In this document: positions 22,473 through 34,352 of the stretch, piece by piece
How the letters are laid out: every line of letters starts with the position of its first letter
How positions within the stretch are numbered: position 1 is the first letter of the stretch
Assembly: GCA_963705625.1 (NCBI GenBank)
Contig: CAVPKG010000001.1
Coordinates: 673,867-737,866 of the forward strand
Direction: 5' to 3'
Length of the DNA stretch: 64,000 nucleotides
Origin: an uncultured Actinomycetes bacterium
GTDB lineage: Bacteria > Actinomycetota > Acidimicrobiia > IMCC26256 > DASPTH01
Notes under the pieces: model-generated
The model's input: the letters and a program-made list of their open reading frames with translations, nothing else
Database searches by the model: none
What the model was told of the DNA's origin: nothing
Program-made: the position numbers and the translations under genes

Positions 22473-22907
22473 CTACGTGCGCTCCTCGTCTGCGCGATGA
22501 CAGACGGCCTCTAGCATGAAGCCGTGCGGGTCCATGAAGAACGTCGCGTAGCAGTTCGGTCCGTATTGCGGGAAGGCCCTCGGCTGATGGACGACTTCGT
22601 CGCCCCGAGACTGCACCCACTCGTGCACCACGTGCACGTCCGCCCGAGTCGGAACCAAGAATGCGACATGCTGGAGGCCGACGCGGTGCCGTGAGTATCG
22701 CCCTTCCTCGAGCGCCGGGTAGAGGAACACCTGCGCTCCTTGCCAGTCGTTCGGGCAGTACCCGTTTCCAAAGCAGGGCTGATACCCGACCAACGGCATG
22801 AACTCGTCGTAGTACGCCTTGGCGGCGTCGACGTGCGGCACGCCCAAACCGAAGTGTTCGATCGGCACCCTCGTCTCCTCTCTCGGAGCCCACAGCGGAG
22901 CAGTCAC
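22473..22907 (-). CDS. VOC/glyoxalase family protein
   Basis: IEHFGLGV..AKAYYD, GLQHVAF, YATFFMDPHGFMLEAVCH. Confidence 0.88.
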   Translation of the reverse strand: MTAPLWAPREETRVPIEHFGLGVPHVDAAKAYYDEFMPLVGYQPCFGNGYCPNDWQGAQVFLYPALEEGRYSRHRVGLQHVAFLVPTRADVHVVHEWVQSRGDEVVHQPRAFPQYGPNCYATFFMDPHGFMLEAVCHRADEERT

Positions 22908-23351
22908 GCATATTTCAGTCCGCGCTCGTTACGCCACTAGCTCACGGGTACAGATCAGCGGCAGTCCTGAGCGCCGGCTCCGCGTGCGCGAGATGTGCCG
23001 ATCGGAGCGGCCTACTGGGCCGATTGGGTGAGCGTTCTGTAGCCGCGTCCTGTAGCACGACCGCGAGCACGGTGATTCTGCGGCGTTCGTGTCGTCACCG
23101 GAGCCGAATTGGTGAAGAGAGATCGGTCTGCGCGTCGCGGGGTTGGTGGGGCCGCAATACGCCCCCACAGTGGGGATCCGTCGCGCGCCGCACTCCGACC
23201 AGTGGGCTGCGCGTTGCGGAACTTCGCCAGCGCGGTCGTTCTCGTCGGGCGGCGGATACCCCCTTCCTGTCGTCATAATCAGGAACGGTGTCCGGTGCGT
23301 CCATCGCGACAGCTGAGAACGTCTACTGCGAGCCCGGTACAGTGCCGCGCG

Positions 23352-24251
23352 GTGAAGCGATTCGTGGTCGTTGGCCTCCGGGGTGGCCTCGGCAACCAGC
23401 TCTTCCAGTACGCATCGGGGTACGGCATCGCGACCCGGGTCGGCGCCGAACTGTTCTTCGACGGCGCGAGGCTGCGCGACGCCGAGCACTGGCTCCCCGG
23501 GTTGCTCGGACCGCACTACCGCAGCGCGTCTCGCGAGCAGCTCCTGCGGCTCGGCGTCTTCCACGGCTCCGATCGCTTGCCCGACAACATCGGGAGAAGC
23601 GTGCTGCGTCATGCAGTCGATGCCGGTCGCCGGATGCGCCACATGACTGCCCGCACGATGCCGCTCGACCATCGCGCCGAGTACACGGCCCATTTCGACG
23701 AGCAGATCCTGTCGATGGACCTTCCGACCCAGCTCCTCGGGTGGTTCCAGAGCGAGCGGCACTTCTCCCATGTCGCCGACGAGGTGGTGCAACGGCTGCG
23801 CCTCCCGCAGGTGACGCTCCCGCGACATCCGAAGTCGCCACCGATCGTGGCGCTCAGCTTCCGACGCGGCGACTACGTGCGCATGGGGTGGCAGCTCCCG
23901 TTCTCGTACTACGAGAGAGCTCTCACCCTCATGACGAGCGAGATTTCGGACGCCACATTTCTCGTGTTCGGCGACGATCCCGAGTTCGTGCGCCTCGCGA
24001 CCGATTGGGTGTCACGCTTTGGACCGGCGACGAACGCGTACGACCTCTCGGACGGTGTGCTCGAACACCTGGTGCTGGCGAGCGAGTGTGATCACGCGGT
24101 GATCGCGAACTCGTCGTTCGCATGGTGGGGCGCATGGCTGGGTGACCGACGCGCCGGCGACGGGCCGCGGCTCGTAATCGCGCCGGAGGACTACCGGTGG
24201 TTCGACCCCGACATCCTGCCGAGCAACTGGGTCTCGGTCCCGAGCGAGTAG
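23352..24251 (+). CDS. Alpha-1,2-fucosyltransferase (GT11)
   Basis: GGLGNQLFQYA, GWFQSE, FRRGDY, IANSSFAWWGAWL. Confidence 0.9.
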   Translation: MKRFVVVGLRGGLGNQLFQYASGYGIATRVGAELFFDGARLRDAEHWLPGLLGPHYRSASREQLLRLGVFHGSDRLPDNIGRSVLRHAVDAGRRMRHMTARTMPLDHRAEYTAHFDEQILSMDLPTQLLGWFQSERHFSHVADEVVQRLRLPQVTLPRHPKSPPIVALSFRRGDYVRMGWQLPFSYYERALTLMTSEISDATFLVFGDDPEFVRLATDWVSRFGPATNAYDLSDGVLEHLVLASECDHAVIANSSFAWWGAWLGDRRAGDGPRLVIAPEDYRWFDPDILPSNWVSVPSE

Positions 24252-24275
24252 TCCGGACACCGAGCGGGCGCACAC

Positions 24276-25204
24276 TCAGGCGCCCACCATCGACGCGATC
24301 GTCTGCTCGAGCCCGGTGCGCAACGGCACCATCGCCTCGAATCCGAATGCCTCGCGAGCGCGCGTCGTGTCGAGCCGCCGACGCGGCTGCCCGTTGGGAC
24401 GCGCGGGGTTCCACTCGATCGCGCCCTCGAAGTCTGTGAGCTCGCGCACCAGCTCCGCGAGCTCGCGGATCGAGGTCTCTACGCCGGAGCCCACGTTGAT
24501 CGGCTCGGGTCGGTCATAACGCTCCAGCGCGAGCCCGAACGCGCGCGCTGCGTCCTCCACGTGGAGGAACTCTCGGGTGGGGCTCCCATCACCCCACAGC
24601 CGTACGGTGGGGGCATCGGCGTCGCGGGCGGTCGAGAACTTCCGGATCATCGCGGGGATCACGTGACTCGTCTCGAGGTCGGCGTGGTCACCGGGCCCGT
24701 AGAGATTGGTGGGGAGCAGGTAGATGAAGTTGCAGCCGTACTGCCGGCGGTAGGCCTGTGCCTGCACCAGGAGCATGCGTTTCGCAAGGCCGTATGGCGC
24801 GTTGGTCTCCTCTGGGTAGCCGGACCAGAGGTCGGCCTCGCGGAACGGCAGGGACGCGACCCTGGGGTACGCGCAGACGGTGCCGGCGACGACGACCTTG
24901 GACACGCGCTGCACCCGGCACGCTTCGAGCAACTCGATCCCCATGAGCGCGTTCTCGTAAAAGAACCGCCCCGGCTCGGCCTGATTCGCGCCGATCCCAC
25001 CGACGATCGCAGCGAGATGGACCACGGCGTCGGGCCGGAGCGCGGGAGCATCGCGGAGATCTCCGAGCGTTCGCGGAGGTCGTAGTCCGCACTCCCGATC
25101 GCCACGACGTCGGCACCCTCGCCCGCGAGGTGCCCTGCCACCTTCGACCCGAGAAAGCCGGTGCCGCCGGTGACGACGACACGCGCACCGTCGAGAACGA
25201 CCAC
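24276..25204 (-). CDS. fcl: GDP-L-fucose synthase (frameshift near 25050)
   Basis: VTGGTGFLGS, HLAAIVGGIGAN, GTVCAYP, YGLAKR, PTNLYGPGD, WGDGSPTREFL; GGAGG SD. Confidence 0.9.
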
Positions 25205-25536
25205 AGTCCCTCCTTCGGCGGACGAGCCTAGCGATTCGGACGAGTCTTCCGGGCCCGCAACCTGCGACAACGGGGCCATTACGAGCAGCTCGCAACGAGC
25301 CCGCAGCAAGCAGCCGAGGGTGCTCTCGTCAAAGACGCGTTGCCGACGCCCGAGCCGCACATATCGGCAGCACCGTCCCGCCGATGCCAAGCACCGAACC
25401 GGCATCGATCGGTGCTACCTCGCTCACCGATGGCCGGTGTCACGACGGCCACTCCTGTGAGATCGATCGCGACACGCATCGTCTCGGAGTCAGCGGATCC
25501 ACTACCGGCGTTCGGGTGGAGTGGTTCCCATATTGA

Positions 25537-25692
25537 GGTCGGCGACGCTAGAGGTAGAGCACAACCTTTCGTCAACGTCGGCTCCAGCACCGAGATTGAT
25601 GGGCGTGCTCGGTGGGGTTTTCGCAGGTCAGCGCTGATGCCACCCTGGCGTGTGCGCAGGCTGTTCCTCGAAGATGGCGAGCGCGCACCAGA
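25537..25692 (+). repeat. Two-hairpin interspersed element, copy 3 (most complete)
   Basis: GGTCGGCGACGCTAGAGGTAGAGCAC..TTTCGTCAACGTCGGC..GAGATTGATGGGCGTGCTCGGTGG..CGCAGGTCAG..CTCGAAGATGGCGAGCGCGCACCAGA. Confidence 0.9.
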
Positions 25693-25815
25693 ACGCACTG
25701 GGCGATCTGCGCTCTGCCACACGTGACGCGCTGGTCACGTCTCGGGTCCGAGCGCGAAGAGGGACGCCGACCCGGTAGGCCGACGCCCCTCTGGCACCAT
25801 TGTTCTGCGGATTGC

Positions 25816-27322
25816 CTACGGAGTGAGCGTGCCGGTGATGGTGACGCCGGTGATGGTCTCGGTGACCGGTGGTGGCCAGCCGGGCAGGGTGGCCAAGTAG
25901 TGAACCGTGAGCGACCCCGTCGTGAATCCGGCGAACTGGCCGGTCGCTGAGTCCACCGCAACGGTTGCGGTTACGTCGTTCGTGAAACCTGGCGGCGGCG
26001 GGAAGGCACAGTTGGCAACGCAGGTCGTCCCGAAGCTGGTGGTGTGGCCGGTGATGGTTCCACCCGCCAGTTGCACGACAAAGCTATTCGGCGCTGGGGG
26101 ACCGACCACGCCGAAGCCCATGCTTGTCAGATCGAAGGTAAGCGAACCTGAAGTTGCACCGCCTGGATTGACCTGGCCGCCGACTGCCAACAAGCCAACA
26201 GAGCGGAAGGCACCGAACTCCTGTGTGACGTCGGCCGACCCGCTACCCGACAGAGTGAGGTGCAGTGCCGGTTGAGGGCAGGGGCCGCCCGTGCAGGTGT
26301 TGTGCGCGAACGTGACGGCCGTTCCGCTGCCGTCGTAGTAGAGGTCCGTGAGGCGGTTGTTGACGAGCTGGTTGTTGTCGATCTGAAGGTACGAGGGGTC
26401 AGCGCCCCCGATGCCGGAACCAGTGACGACCACCAGTCCCACGACGTTGCCCGACGCCTCGTTGGCGGTCAGGCGCGAGTGCGTCGCACCTCCGACGACA
26501 AGCCCGATACCCGGAACCGGCCCTGTACAACCGACGGTGTTGTTGTCGGTCCTGTTGTGCACCAGTGTCCAGTCGAACGTGGGTATCGGGTCGAATCCGG
26601 TGTCCTGCAACTCGATGCCGACGCAGTTGCCGGTGGCGGTGTTCTCGGTCACCGTGCCGTGCGCGCTATCACGAACGTGGATGCCGATACTGTTCCCGAC
26701 GACGGTGTTCAATCGGATCAGCGACGACACGTTGGAGGAGTCACCAACGAAGATCCCCGCCGGACTCAGGCCGCTGGTGCTGCCGCTCACGTACGTTGTG
26801 CACGATCTGAGCGTGTGACCCCAAATAACTGGCGATGCCGTACGTACCGTTGTTCGTCGCCGTCACGTCATGGATGTTGAGGCCGTTGGTCCCCCACGCG
26901 ACGATCCCGTAGCCCGAGAAGTCGTCAACCTCGATCCGCGCGATCTCCGTGTTGAAGACCGTCCCCGGCACCGGTGAGGTGGTGATGCAGAACCCCGCCT
27001 GACCGGCTCCCACGGGCACGTCGCAGATAGGGCCACCAGACGAGGGAGGCACCACGATCGGCAACGCCTTGTTCAACGCGCCGCGGATGGTGAGTCCGTT
27101 CTTGTTGATCACAACGCTCTCTTGGTACGTGCCGGGCATCACGACGATCAGGTCACCCGACTTCGCCGCGTCCACCGCGGACTGGATCGTCAGGTACGGC
27201 TGACCCGACCCGACGTTCAGCGTCGCACCCGCCGCCGCGGGCGACACACCGACCGCCAAGAGGCCCACCGCCGCCAATGCACACACCAACAACGCTCTCG
27301 CAGAAACCCACAGTCCACGCAC
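25816..27322 (-). CDS. Secreted right-handed parallel beta-helix (pectin-lyase-like) protein (frameshift near 26790)
   Basis: Signal peptide, YLTIQSAVDAAKSGDLIVVMPGTYQE, repeated N/GI-rich turns; GGAGG SD before GTG. Confidence 0.8.
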
Positions 27323-27659
27323 AGCCCGACCTCCCGGCTCCACTTCGGCCCGCCCACTGTGAACCGATCGTTCCACTCTGAGCGCGTGCGTACGTTCCTC
27401 AGTAGGGTCATTGGTCCCACTCAAGGTGAGCGAGCCGATTCTCCGCCCTTGCGACCGCATTCGACCTCTATCGGGTCGAGTCGCGAGTGGCGTATCGCTC
27501 CGTTCCGCGCGCTGGTCTCCGGCGGACTTCGCGCCCACGTCTGCCGCGCTGTGCGGGTGATCGTTCTGGCGGTCCGCTCGTCGTGGTGGCGCGCGCCACC
27601 GATGGACCGGTCGAACCCGCACCCAGAGCTGCTGCCTATACCGAGGTCACTCGGCCAGC

Positions 27660-27799
27660 GCCGAGCACACCCTTTCATCAACGTCGGCCAGCGCCGATAT
27701 TGATGGGCGTGCTCGGTGGTGTCCGAGCAGATCAGTGCTAGTGGTTTGTGCTCTCCGCGCGAGCGGGACGTTCCTCGAAGATGGCGAGTGCGCACCAGA
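27660..27799 (+). repeat. Two-hairpin interspersed element, copy 4
   Basis: GCCGAGCACACCCTTTCATCAACGTCGGCCAGCGCCGATATTGATGGGCGTGCTCGGTGG ... CTCGAAGATGGCGAGTGCGCACCAGA. Confidence 0.88.
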
Positions 27800-27889
27800 C
27801 CGGGGAATCGGCGCTACGTGACGAGACGCCGTGGGAAACGCGGTGCGCACTTGCCGTTCTCGCACGCTCGCCGCGTCGATGAATTGAGT

Positions 27890-27985
27890 GTTCGGATGCC
27901 CACTTCGAGCTGGGCCATCCGCTGGTGGATCGCTATCTGGACTTCGTCGCCGGTCGATCTCGACCGAACGCGTTGCGCGCCACCA
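27890..27985 (+). pseudogene. N-terminal stub of an actinobacterial tyrosine recombinase/integrase
   Basis: Translates as SDAHFELGHPLVDRYLDFVAGRSRPNALRA, resembling LGHPLVDxYLEFVAGRxRPNTLRA integrase N-termini (recalled); no catalytic domain follows. Confidence 0.6.
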
Positions 27986-28307
27986 ACAGCGGTCGACGAA
28001 CGAATCAGACACGGAGAAAAGCTCATCCGCACAGGCTCCCAGCACAGCCAGAACGTGTCGCGGATGTCCGAAAGATCACCCGTGTATTAGGCGATATTGC
28101 GTGCAGCTGCGCGCTTCGACCGGCGCGCTTCACCTCTTCTATGCGGAAGAGGTGAAGTGCGTGGACCCCGCGTCGCACGCCACGAGTTCGAATGATTGGA
28201 ACGACCACCCCGCGGTTTCGGGACTGCAGGCCTCTTGGGCTCGACGCACCTCTCAGATCGCAAGGCGACCGGGAAGCCGCAATGTTGTGCAAATCGCAAT
28301 GATGATA

Positions 28308-28351
28308 TGGAGGTGATGGGACTTGAACCCACGACTTCTACGTTGCGAACG
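28308..28351 (-). mobile_element. tRNA-Ala(CGC) 3'-half fragment, probable att scar
   Basis: Minus strand CGTTCGCAACGTAGAAGTCGTGGGTTCAAGTCCCATCACCTCCA: anticodon loop, T-arm and CTCCA end; no 5' half. Confidence 0.75.
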
Positions 28352-28632
28352 GTTTCAGCATGCTCGTCCTACCTGCGTCTTCCGCGGGTGCGATGCTGAC
28401 CTGCGAAAACGCATCTCGACGGTGCGCGTCGTCGCCCGTCGTTCCGCGTCGCCCCGCGGACTTTTCGCGGACTGGCCTGGTCGACCTCGTCTCGTCCGCG
28501 GCGAGGCGTGTGAGACATCTGCGCGGGCGTCGCGACAAACGTTCGCGACCTCCACACGTTGGAGCACACGTGCCGGTGCGGAGGGTGGTCTTGTGGCCGG
28601 CGCCTCTCCGATCAGCGCGGATGTCGGGCGCA

Positions 28633-28929
28633 TCAGTGCGTGATGGCCGCAGCCAGATTGCCGGCGACGATCGCTTCGAGTGCTCCGCTGACGTTGGGGA
28701 TGAGGGCGATGATGGTCTGGGCGCGTTCGGTGGGGGTGAGGGTGTCGAGGTATTCCCCCATGGTGTTGGCGTCGGCCAGGCTTGGCATCGGAGCATCAGT
28801 GTGGGGTTGGCTGGTCACGGGCGCTGCGTTCTGGGAGCCGACAGCACTTCCCGCGGCGAATACGAGCGCAGCCACTACGGCAGCAGCCGTGATCCGGCCT
28901 GGGTGGTGGAGGATGGTGCGGAGTTTCAT
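28633..28929 (-). CDS. Small secreted hypothetical protein (98 aa)
   Basis: MKLRTILHHPGRITAAAVVAALVFAAG.. signal-like N-terminus; AAGGAG SD. Confidence 0.7.
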   Translation of the reverse strand: MKLRTILHHPGRITAAAVVAALVFAAGSAVGSQNAAPVTSQPHTDAPMPSLADANTMGEYLDTLTPTERAQTIIALIPNVSGALEAIVAGNLAAAITH

Positions 28930-28990
28930 CGTTTCTCTCCTTGGGTGGGTGTGCGAGGATGGTTTCCTCGACCACAGAGTCAGGGAGAGC

Positions 28991-29029
28991 GCTCGCACCG
29001 TGGTCGCTGCGTGATCGCAGCTCGAGCGC
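28991..29029. promoter_or_regulatory. 11-bp periodic direct repeats, candidate SARP binding site
   Basis: GCTCGCACCGT / GGTCGCTGCGT / GATCGCAGCTC / GAGCGC between the divergent genes. Confidence 0.5.
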
Positions 29030-29059
29030 CTTCTGAGTGTGGGCGGGGTTGGAGGGTCG

Positions 29060-32000
29060 GTGGACGACCAGGTGGCGACGGCGCTCTGTGTGCTGGGCCC
29101 GCTCGAGGTCGTGCGCGAGGGTGAGCCCGTTCGGCTCGGTAGCGCGCAGCAGCGACGCTTGCTCGCGGTACTGCTGATCCACGCAAACGAGGTGGTCTCG
29201 AGCGATCGTCTCGTCGACGTCTTGTGGGGTGACGAACCGCCGCCGAGCGCGACGCACACGCTCCAGGCCCTGGTGTCGCGGCTACGCGCGACCCTCGGTG
29301 ACGACTGCCTCGAGACCCGCGCACCGGGATACCGGCTCAAGGTGGCGAACGGCGAGGCAGACGTGCTGCGTTTCGAAGAGCTCGTCCGGATCGGCCTCGG
29401 GTCGCCCGACCGAGCCGAGGTCGCGCTGCGCGCGTTCGACGCGGCGCTCGGTTTGTGGCGAGGGTCGCCCTATGCCGAGTTTCGCGAGCGACGAATTCGC
29501 AGCCCCTGAAGTAACTCGGCTCACTGAGTTGCGCGCTCGTGCGATCGAAGAGCGCTCCGCCGCGCTGTTGGAGTTGAGCCGACCGGAGGAAGTCGTAGGG
29601 GAGCTCGAGGCCGAGATCGCCGCCGAGCCGTTTCGCGAACGGTTGCGGGCGCTACTGATGCTGGCACTGCGCGCGCGCCGGAAGGCCGGTCGAATCGTTG
29701 CGCGCCTACGACGAGTTTCGTCGGTTCCTGGCCGACGAAGTCGGCGTGGTGCCCTCACCAGGATTGCAGGAGCTCAACGACGACATCGTGCGTCAGCACC
29801 CCAACGTCTCATGGTCGGGATCGCCCAGGAAGGACACGGGCACAGTGGCGCTGCCGTCAGGAACGGTGACGTTCCTCTTCACCGACGTGGAGGGTTCGAC
29901 GCGCCTCTGGGACGACTACCCCGATGTGATGCGCAACGCGATGGCGCGTCACGACGAGATCCTCCGTGACGCGATCACGGCGCACGACGGTCACGTCATG
30001 AAGACCACCGGCGACGGGTTTCACGCCGCGTTCGCGACCGCGCACGACGCGGTCACGGCTGCGGTCGCCGCACAATTGGCGTTCCTCGACGATGACTGGG
30101 ACATCACGGAGACCGTGCGTGTCCGGATGGGTATCCACACGGGCGAGGCCGAGATGCGAGACGGCGACTACTCGGGCAGCGCGGTGAACCGCGCCGCGCG
30201 GCTGATGTCGGCGGCGCACGGCGGACAGATCGTCGTGTCATCGGGGACGCAGGAGCTTCTCCACGACACGCCGCCCGAGAAGTACGGGTTCGTCGACCTC
30301 GGGCAACACCGACTGCGTGACCCGGGCAGGCCGGAGCGGCTGTTCCAGGTGCTGCATCCCGATCTGGGGCGGGAGTTCGCGGCGCTGCGCACGTTGGGTG
30401 CGCTCGCGGGGAACCTGCCGTTGGCCGCGAGTTCGTTCGTCGGGCGTGAGGTCGAGCGGGTGCGGGTCGCCGACACGTTGGTGGGTTCGCAGGTCGTGAC
30501 CCTCACCGGGATGGGCGGGATCGGCAAGACGCGCCTGGCGTTACAGGTCGCGGACGAGGTGTTGCCCCGGTTCCTCGATGGTGTATGGCTCTGTGAGCTG
30601 GCCTCGGTGCGCGATCCCGGCGGCGTCCTGGACGCGGTGGCGGGTGTGCTCCGGGTGACCGCGCGTCCGGGTCTCAACTTGCAGGACTCCCTCATTACCT
30701 ATTTGCGTGATCAGGAGCTGCTGCTGGTCCTCGACAGTTGCGAGCACGTGCTGCCCGCGGTGGCCGGCCTCGTCGCCGCGATCGAATCCGCTTGTGCGGG
30801 AGTGCGGGTGCTCGCGACCAGCCGCGAAGGCCTCAACATCGGCGGCGAGCAGGTCCTGGTGGTCCCGCCGCTGCGGCTACCCGACGACCACGCCGGTATC
30901 GCGGCGGCCGACGATTGTGACGCAGTGCGCTTGTTCGCGGAGCGGGCCCGGGCAGTGAAGGCCGACTTCGCGGTTGACGACACCAATCGAGGCGACGTCG
31001 TGGCGGTGTGCAGGCGCCTCGACGGTATGGCCCTGGCGATCGAGCTCGCCGCCGCACGGATCCCCGCGATGAGCCCGAGCGAGATCGTCCGGCGCCTCGA
31101 CCTCCGGTTCCTGACGCGTGGCGGGCGGGTCGCGAGCGAGCGCCACCAGACGCTCCGCGCCGCCATCGACTGGTCCTACGACCTGCTGAGCGAGCCCGAG
31201 CAACGGCTGTTGGGCCGACTGGCGGTGTTCTCGGGGGGGTGCACGATCGAGGGCGCGGAAGCAGTGTCGCGGGCGACCCGATCGACGGCGACGACGTGTG
31301 CGAGTTGCTCGCGAGTCTCGTGGCACGTTCGCTCGTCGTCGCCGTCGATGGGCCGGAGACGCGGTACCGGCTGTTGGAACCGATCCGCCAATACGCCGAG
31401 GAACGCCTCACCGACGCCGGCGAGACCGATCGGGTACGGCGCCGGCACGCGGAGTACTACACGGAGTTCGCAGGATTCGCGGGGAGTCACATGGGCGGGC
31501 CGGGACAGGTGGAGTGGGGAGCGCGGTTCGCTCGCGAGCGCGACAACCTCCACACGGCGATGGCCTATGCGCTCGACACCCAGAACGTCGACCTCGCCTT
31601 CGGGCTCTTCTGCCGGCTCCCCGCTTCCCACGCTCAGGTCAACCAGCTCGTGGTCTTCGATCCGGCGCCCCTGCTCGCGCTCCCCGGCGCCACCGAGCAT
31701 CCCGGCTCCACGGTCGCGCTCATGAACGCCGCCAACAACGCCGCCGACCGGGGAGACGCGCGGCTCGCGTTGCAACTTTGCGACGAGGCCCTCACCACCG
31801 AACAACGCCTCGGCCCCGTCCCCGGCGCCCACCTCGAAATCATGTCGTCGGCAGTTCGGGCCGGGGCCGCTGGGGGTTTCGCACTCGACGAGATGGTCGC
31901 CCACCTCGTCGAGGGCGCCCGCCGCGCCCAAGCCGAGGACCTCCCGGGCATCGCCGCGTTCTTCTTCGTGGCAGCCGCGCAATTCGGCTCGTGGGTGGAT

Positions 32001-32645
32001 CCGGTGGCGGCACGGCAGCACGCCACCGAGGCGCTCACGCTCGCGCGTCAGAGCGGGGCGCCCGGCGGGATCGTCTTCAGCCTCTCGGTTCTCGCCGGAA
32101 CCCTCGCCGACGACGACCCGGACGAGGGTCGCGCCCTGCTCTTCGAGGCCCGCGAGCTCGCGAACACCTTCGGCTACGAGAATCCCACCGAACTCCTGCT
32201 CGCGAACGTCGCCGCCGCCCGCCTCGGTGAATGGCCCACTGCGCTTCGTGTCGCGCGGCGCTTGTTCCACCACCAGAGCCGATCGGGCGTCATCGCGCCG
32301 CCATACCTGGCTCAGGTCATGGCGTACTCGGCACGCGGCCTTGCCCAACACCAACCCGAAGTCGCGGCGATGCTGCAGGGCGCCTCCGCCACCACCTTTC
32401 AGCCCCCACCGTTCGACGAAGCACTCGTCGGCGCCAGCCGCCGCGCCTCCAATCTCTACAACATCATCGCTTTCCTTGGGACGGTGCACGACGAGACGAT
32501 GCGGTTGCTCAACGCAGCCCTCGGCGACGCCCGCCTCGCGGAGCTGCTCGCCGAGGGCGCGGCAATGGACGAAACACAGGCGTGCAGATACGCACGCACC
32601 CATATCGACCAGTACCTCGCGGATGCCGGCGACACGATCGGCTGA
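29060..32645 (+). CDS. AfsR-like regulator: SARP wHTH-BTAD + adenylate/guanylate cyclase domain + STAND ATPase + helical C-terminus (3 frameshifts)
   Basis: VLGPLEV, LWGDEPP, ALGLWRG, PFRERL; LPSGTVTFLFTDVEGST, KTTGDG, RMGIHTG; FVGRE, GMGGIGKT, LAIELAAAR. Confidence 0.88.
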
Positions 32646-32665
32646 GAGGCGCTCCCGAGTTGTGG

Positions 32666-34352
32666 TCAGCGGGTTGTGCTCGGGCAACCCTTGCAGGGGT
32701 AGTCGGGCGCCACGTCCGACTTGGGCGGCGCATCGAACTGCGAGATCGCGTTGTTCGTGTCGAACAGTCTCGGCTCGCCCTTCTTCCACTGACCGGCGTG
32801 GTAGCGCTTGGCGCCGTCGATGTACATGAACCGGCCGACGCCGTCGGTGAGCACACCCTTTGCTTTCCCGACCTCGGTGGGGTTCCACCACATGATCGTG
32901 AAGTCGATTCCCGCGGGTGAGTACTCGTCGTACGGCAGCCCTGTCGACCTCCCCAAGCCTGTCATGAAGGTCTCCACCTGGTTGCTGGCCGCGCCACCGC
33001 CGGCCGGCAGGCTGAACAGGGCTTGCCGGAACCGCTCGGGCGTGAGCCTCGGTCCGGCGAAGCTCACGCCCAGGTGCAGCATGGTGAGCGTGCTCTCCGG
33101 CAAGTAGGTGTAGACGCCTCGCTGCGGGCCCCAGTACCAGTCGAAGAGGCCAGCGTCGTTCGGTCCCGCCACGTACGGCGGCACCGACCCGATGCCGAAC
33201 ACGTGTTTCATCTGGTCCGGGCTCACGGCGTTCAGGACCCACGCGAGGAAGTCGGCGTCGTCGCCCTGGTAGCCGGTGAACACCCACTCGGGGTGATAGG
33301 CGAGATCGTCGGCGGCGTTGAAGACCTGCTGTTCCATCGAGAAATCCGCGAACAGCAACACCGTGGTAACACCCGAGTCCTTCAGCTTGGCCACGAGGGT
33401 GGGTGCCTCCTCTTGGTTCTGTGCCGCCGCGGCGGTCGCGCTCGGGTCGAGCCGCACCGTGTACTCGACGGTCTGGGCGACCTCGAGCCCCTCTTTCTTC
33501 GCGGTGCTCTCGAAGTACTGCCAGTCGATGCCCGTCGCAGGGTGCAGTGCGCCGAACACGCGCGGCTTGGTGACGAAGTCGCCCGACCACTTCGCGGTCT
33601 CGCCTTTCAGCTGCCTCGCGGCGAACTCCGCGGCGTTCACTGCCGAACCGGTCGGGTCCAAGGCGTCGCCCCACCGGTACGGCGCTTGCCTGGCCGCGTC
33701 GGTATTCGTGAGACCACGGAAGACGCTACCGACAAAGACGACGATCTTCTTGGCGACGAGATCGGCGGCGAAGGCTTCGCCTTCGAAGGGGGCGATCACC
33801 GCGAAGGGCTTCTCCTCCGCGACCCTGAACGCGTCGGCCCGCTGCGCCGTCTCGTCAGGGGCGGTCGGGTTCATATACAGGAACTCGAACTTGCGGCCCC
33901 ACGTGTTGTAGCTGTGCGCGAGCACCGCCTCCCAGTTCGCGATACGACTGATCGAGGTAGCCGGGCTTCCCGGTCGCACGGTCGATCGCAGGAGCGGCAT
34001 CGGGTGCGTCGAACAGCGCCGCTTGTTGTTCGTGATTGATGAAGAACAGCACGATCTTGATCGTCGTGGCGGTGACGCCCATCGTGGTCGCGCCCCCGTT
34101 GCTCTCGCCTTTCTTCAGCGGACGCGTGCACGACGGTCGGGCCGAGGCCGGGATCGCGAGCCTGCCGTCGGGACCGCAGTTCGGCGAGTTCTTCGCCGCC
34201 GCGGTGCCCACGCCCGCCGCGGGAAGACCAACCGTCGCCTCTGCGCTCGCGACCGATGACAGTGCGAGCGCGAGCGCAGTGGCGATCACCAAGACGATCA
34301 CGAGACGCTGGCGATGAGTACGCCGAGCTGGGGCCGACGCCCTCCACGTCAT
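32666..34352 (-). CDS. Secreted substrate-binding-like protein, orphan (frameshift near 33940)
   Basis: Signal peptide; NGGATTMGVTATTIKI, YNTWGRK, DETAQRADA, QAPYRWG; paralog of 38290..40098. Confidence 0.72.

Noticed and set aside
27405..27418. DosR/NarL-like box GGGTCATTGGTCCC upstream of the beta-helix gene
   Set aside because: Single imperfect instance with no cognate regulator in the window.
28308..28351. Functional tRNA gene
   Set aside because: No D-arm or 5' acceptor strand upstream.
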